A DNA stretch of 11,526 nt from an uncultured Deinococcales bacterium (GTDB lineage Bacteria; Deinococcota; Deinococci; Deinococcales; JAAFIG01). The stretch spans positions 1 to 11,526 of the forward strand of contig CAXTKV010000175.1 of assembly GCA_964244895.1 (NCBI GenBank), in the 5' to 3' direction. The translations under genes were made by a program, and so were the position numbers. Below are positions 8,314-11,526 of the stretch, piece by piece (position 1 is the first letter of the stretch; each line of letters opens with the position of its first letter). The notes beneath the pieces were generated by a model that was not told where the DNA came from, did no database searches, and worked only from the letters and a program-made list of their open reading frames with translations.

Positions 8314-8328
8314 GGAGGATTGGGGCTC

Positions 8329-8389
8329 GAGAACACCGTTCAGCACGGTGTTTTTCGTGATCCAAGAACACCGTCTGGGACGGTTCTTT
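8329..8389. repeat. Two collapsed mini-copies of REP family 1 (copy G)
   Basis: gagaacaccgt-tcagc-acggtgttttt (8329-8355) and aagaacaccgtc-tgg-gacggttcttt (8364-8389). Confidence 0.8.
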
Positions 8390-8393
8390 CGTG

Positions 8394-8399
8394 TACAGT
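8394..8399 (+). promoter_or_regulatory. -10 element of a probable leaderless promoter (mocA-like)
   Basis: TACAGT + 6 nt + GTG at 8406. Confidence 0.65.
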
Positions 8400-8405
8400 G
8401 ACGCC

Positions 8406-9008
8406 GTGAACGACCGCGTGATCGGAATACTGCTGGCCGCCGGAGCCTCGAGCCGGATGGGATCGCACAAGCTGTTGATGGAACTGAACGGCGAACCGAT
8501 GGTGCGCCGCGTCGCGCGGATCATGCTCGAGGGAGGATTAGAGGAATTGCTGGTCGTGCTGGGCCGCGATCCGGTCGCGGTCGAGGCGGCATTGGACGGT
8601 CTTCCGGCCCAGTTCGTGACCAACCCGAATGCCGTGGAAGGCGGCATGGAATCCTCGTTCCGCACGGCCCTGGACGCCCTGACGGGAACCGAGACCGCAG
8701 CCGTGTTCGGGCTGGCGGATCAACCGTTCGTGACGAGCGCCATGATTTCTGAACTGAAAAAAACGCACCTCGAGACCCGCGCCCCGATCGTCGCCTCGAG
8801 GTTCGGTGGCGTGATCGCGCCGCCGCACGTGTTCTCGAGCGCGTTTTTCGGCGCGCTGGGCATGCCCGGTCACGGCTTGAAGCCGCTGATTCAAAAAAAC
8901 CTGGAACGGGTCGCGTTCCTGGACTGGCCCGAGGACGCGCTGTTCGACGTGGACACGATCGACGATCTCGAGAAGGCGCTGAGAAGAATATCCGACGAGC
9001 CGAGATGA
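8406..9008 (+). CDS. mocA: MobA/MocA-like nucleotidyltransferase, most likely molybdenum cofactor cytidylyltransferase
   Basis: ILLAAGASSRMGSHKLL, NP...GMESS, LADQPFV, PPHVF, FDVDTIDDL. The LAAG.S.RMG..KLL and GM.SS patterns resemble MocA/YgfJ rather than MobA. Confidence 0.85.
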   Translation: MNDRVIGILLAAGASSRMGSHKLLMELNGEPMVRRVARIMLEGGLEELLVVLGRDPVAVEAALDGLPAQFVTNPNAVEGGMESSFRTALDALTGTETAAVFGLADQPFVTSAMISELKKTHLETRAPIVASRFGGVIAPPHVFSSAFFGALGMPGHGLKPLIQKNLERVAFLDWPEDALFDVDTIDDLEKALRRISDEPR

Positions 9009-9121
9009 GCGCGCATCTCCAGATCGCCCGAGCCAGCATTGCGCTCGCGTCGGCGCTTCGATGGTCGCCCCGAGCCGCAACGGTGCCTCGAGAATTGCAC
9101 CGGGATTCGTCGGGCTGAACG

Positions 9122-9149
9122 AAAAAACGCGCTCTTTCAAAAGAGCGCG
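9122..9149 (-). terminator. Rho-independent terminator for the 9770-9171 gene
   Basis: On the - strand: CGCGCTCTT-TTGA-AAGAGCGCG followed by TTTTTT, about 22 nt after the stop. Confidence 0.85.
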
Positions 9150-9170
9150 CCCTGGGTTCAACGATTCACC

Positions 9171-9770
9171 TCAGCGTCCGAAGACCTCGACCACCAGGCC
9201 GTCCACGCCCCCGGCGCGTTTCGCATCGACGGTCTTGCCGAGTTCGATCACGACCAGGTTCCAGCCGGGTTCGAGCGTCAGGTCGAACCCGCGATCCGCT
9301 TGCACGCGCACCCTGGATTCGCTCCAGATCACGACCACGCCACCTCGGGCGCGGGTCACAAAGCTCTCCAGGAGCGCATCGCCGGGCGTGAAGGACTTGG
9401 AATTATCGGCGTCCAGGTACGCTCGGAACACCACGTGGGCCACGCGTGCGGAACCGGACAGATTGACTTTCCCGACCAGGCCGGGCCAGTCCAGCGTCTC
9501 CGGGGCCAACCCCGAGATGAACGCGGCGGGCGGAGCGGCGTCCGGTACGCTCAGGTTGAAGGCGTTGCTGCCCGTGGCGCTCGAGGCGAGTTCTGCGGTC
9601 GGTCTGCCGTTGCGATCCGTCAGCATGGCGGCCACGCGCAGGTTGGCGGGTGCGTTGCCCTGAATCTTGACGGAACCCTGGACGCTCATCGGGGCAGCCA
9701 GGGCCGTGACGGTCAGGCTCAGAAGCATCAGCGCGAGGTGCGGCACGATTTGAACGGGACTGCGTTTCAT
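9171..9770 (-). CDS. Secreted hypothetical protein (199 aa)
   Basis: GGAG SD before ATG 9770, signal peptide ending ALA-A, beta-rich body with YLDADNS and LEPGWN motifs, own terminator. Confidence 0.82.
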   Translation of the reverse strand: MKRSPVQIVPHLALMLLSLTVTALAAPMSVQGSVKIQGNAPANLRVAAMLTDRNGRPTAELASSATGSNAFNLSVPDAAPPAAFISGLAPETLDWPGLVGKVNLSGSARVAHVVFRAYLDADNSKSFTPGDALLESFVTRARGGVVVIWSESRVRVQADRGFDLTLEPGWNLVVIELGKTVDAKRAGGVDGLVVEVFGR

Positions 9771-9836
9771 GGGTTTCTCCGTTTCACGATTCGCAGACGG
9801 GTGCGGCTTGAATCGCGTGAGGGAGCCTCCGAAATC

Positions 9837-9845
9837 ACGGTAGCA
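9837..9845 (-). promoter_or_regulatory. Extended -10 promoter (TGcTACCGT) for the 9770 gene
   Basis: TGn-TANNNT on the - strand; a 6-nt spacer predicts a TSS near G 9830. Confidence 0.5.
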
Positions 9846-10007
9846 CACGCGCGGGAACGTTCTGGTCTGGGTGAATGATCGCTCAAATCCCGATGAGAGG
9901 CGATGAAAAACCGTACTGTGCGGTTCGGTCAATTCGCGTGAGCCCACGCACCCAAGAAACGCGCCCCAGGCTCGAGAATGAAACCGATTGTTCCCCAGGA
10001 GGAACCC

Positions 10008-10676
10008 ATGAAACGCACCACCCGATACTTCGGCATCGCGATGTTCGGTTTGTTCATCCTGCAAGCCACCAGCGCGGGCGGAAGCTGCGACCAGCCTTAC
10101 TTTCCCGTGCGTTCCGGCGCGACCTGGACGTACACGACCGTCCTGAGCACCAACAAGACCAGCAAGCACACCGTCACGATCGAGAACGTCACCGCCACGG
10201 GTTTCACGCAGCACCAGGTTTTTGGCACGGGTACGGCCTCGAGCACCCTGGACGTGCGAACCAACTGGACGTGCGCCGCCGACGGATTAACCTCCAGCCA
10301 GACGGACGACAACACCGTTTCGACGCGCTCCACGCAGGTCAACGCCAAAGTCATCCGGCAGAGCGGTGTGGTGATTCCCGCCAACCTGCGCACCGGTTCA
10401 AGCTGGATTTTCTCTCAGCTCAGTTCGATGAAAATGGGCGGTCAGACCCTCGAGATTCCGAGCGAGGCCAGCTTCAAGGCCGTCGGTGAGGAACGCGTCA
10501 CGGTCGCGGCGGGAACCTTCACGGCGCTCAAGATCACGGGCATCACCAAGATCACCATGACCGGCATGGGAGCCAGAACCACCACTTCGACCGCCTGGTA
10601 CGCGAGGGGCGTCGGGATGGTCAAGACGGTCACGGATTCGGGCACCAGCACCGAACTGGTTTCATACAAGATTTGA
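10008..10676 (+). CDS. Secreted Thr-rich beta-strand protein (DUF3108/TapB-like)
   Basis: AGGAGG SD at 9997-10002, signal peptide, motifs YFPVRSGATWTY, ERVTVAAGTFTALKI, WYARGVGMVK. The family call is from memory of these motifs. Confidence 0.82.
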   Translation: MKRTTRYFGIAMFGLFILQATSAGGSCDQPYFPVRSGATWTYTTVLSTNKTSKHTVTIENVTATGFTQHQVFGTGTASSTLDVRTNWTCAADGLTSSQTDDNTVSTRSTQVNAKVIRQSGVVIPANLRTGSSWIFSQLSSMKMGGQTLEIPSEASFKAVGEERVTVAAGTFTALKITGITKITMTGMGARTTTSTAWYARGVGMVKTVTDSGTSTELVSYKI

Positions 10677-10682
10677 ATATCC

Positions 10683-10734
10683 AGCAACATCGTCCAGGGC
10701 GAGAGATTTAATATGCGTCCTGGATGGTGTTGAT
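10683..10734. repeat. REP-like palindrome family 1, copy H
   Basis: agcaacatcgtccagggcga-N12-gcgtcctggatggtgttgat, 7 nt after the stop at 10676. Confidence 0.85.
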
Positions 10735-10802
10735 CGCTGGTCGAAGGTTCGAGATTGGGGTTTGTGCTGTTCGGCTCGAGCAATCCTCATACGAGCCTTC
10801 TC

Positions 10803-10854
10803 GAGAGCACCGTCCAGTACATGAGTTGAGATTTGCGTACTGGACGGTGTTTTG
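10803..10854. repeat. REP-like palindrome family 1, copy I
   Basis: gagagcaccgtccagtacat-N12-gcgtactggacggtgttttg. Confidence 0.87.
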
Positions 10855-11010
10855 AGGTTCTCGAGCATGCCAGCCTTCGCGCCCAGTGTTGGCACGAGCT
10901 GCGTCACCTCCAGAACCGTGAAGCGGTGCCCGGAACGGTATTTTGAACGCCCGAGGTCACGAACCACCCGCGCCCTTTCGGGCATTCCGCCCGCACATCC
11001 CGGAGGACCG

Positions 11011-11409
11011 ATGACGCACGACCCGCCCGTACTGGAACTTCGAGTAGCCCTGACCACCGACGATTACGACCGCCTGGTGCGGTTTTACTGCGATGGGTTG
11101 GGACTGGAACCCGCCCAACTCTGGACGAACGACAACGACCGCGCCATGCTGATCGAGATGGGCCGCGCGACCCTCGAGATTTTCGATCAGGCCCACGCCG
11201 ACGAGGTTGACCGGATCGAGGTCGGGCAGCGCGTGAGCGGCGCGATCCGGTTCGCGATCCAGGTTCCCGATCTCGAGGCTGCGATCGAACGCCTGCTGGC
11301 CAAGGGCGCGACGCTGGTTCACGAACCGATCACCACCCCGTGGGGCGACCGCAACGCGCGTCTGCTGGACCCGGACGGCCTGCAAGTCACGCTCTTTCAG
11401 GCACCGTGA
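11011..11409 (+). CDS. VOC (glyoxalase/bleomycin-resistance) family protein
   Basis: GGAGG SD at 11002-11006. Motifs RFYCDGLGL, TLEIF, RFAIQVPDLE, TPWGDRNARLLDPDGLQVTLF. Confidence 0.92.
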   Translation: MTHDPPVLELRVALTTDDYDRLVRFYCDGLGLEPAQLWTNDNDRAMLIEMGRATLEIFDQAHADEVDRIEVGQRVSGAIRFAIQVPDLEAAIERLLAKGATLVHEPITTPWGDRNARLLDPDGLQVTLFQAP

Positions 11410-11431
11410 TCCAGCACGCTCGAGGCCGCCC

Positions 11432-11526
11432 ATGAAACCTTCCGGGATCGCGGCCCGCAGGTTGCTCTCCCAACGCATCTCGGGCAGTCGTTTTGAACGC
11501 CCGGAGCAGGTCGTGCAGTGGATGGG
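11432..11526 (+). CDS. 5' end of a winged-helix HTH_42 / AlkZ-like DNA glycosylase family protein (partial)
   Basis: GAGG SD at 11422-11425. Translates MKPSGIAARRLLSQRISGSRFERPEQVVQWMG, resembling the typical N-terminus just before the QAQD catalytic motif. Runs off the window. Confidence 0.65.
   Translation, partial: MKPSGIAARRLLSQRISGSRFERPEQVVQWM

Noticed and set aside
8115..8336. N-terminal extension of the DCC ORF
   Set aside because: It translates REP sequence; the family domain starts at Met 8114.
9771..10214. Extension of the 9171 ORF to 10214, and the 9039-9878 (+) ORF
   Set aside because: They overlap the divergent gene or are antisense. The SD and signal peptide place the start at 9770.
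893..10854. Repeats as a CRISPR array or integron attC sites
   Set aside because: Copies are dispersed singly between ordinary genes of both orientations. There are no regular spacers, no cas or integrase gene, and no consistent RYYYAAC...GTTRRRY ends.
10852..11010. N-terminal extension of the VOC ORF
   Set aside because: It starts inside REP I; a strong SD supports ATG 11011.
10941..11503. 13-bp direct repeat TTTTGAACGCCCG (10941, 11491) flanking the VOC gene
   Set aside because: The second copy lies inside a probable CDS and there are no element ends; one such match in 11.5 kb is compatible with chance.

Overview
GC-rich bacterial chromosomal segment (roughly 63% GC, estimated by eye), probably Deinococcota. 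That is inferred from four leaderless TANNNT-N6-start promoters, the protein types, and strong CTCGAG over-representation. It holds 15 CDSs: a Zn/Mn ABC importer (SBP, ATPase, permease), moaB, an Ig-like lipoprotein, a small hypothetical coupled to a LysM-M23 peptidase, a cytochrome P450, a coupled DCC/YuxK + YqjF/DUF2071 pair, a MocA-like nucleotidyltransferase, two divergent secreted hypotheticals, a VOC protein, and the 5' end of an AlkZ/HTH_42-like gene missing from the ORF track. No transposase, RNA gene or CRISPR array was seen. The most notable signal is non-coding. A ~52-bp REP-like palindrome family (GAGAACACCGTCCAGSACGC-N12-14-GCGTSCTGGACGGTGTTCTC) occupies 8 of 12 intergenic gaps and shows arm co-variation plus inverted and collapsed variants. 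There is also a second, CGTC-type REP, and about 48 CTCGAG sites against about 4 expected.
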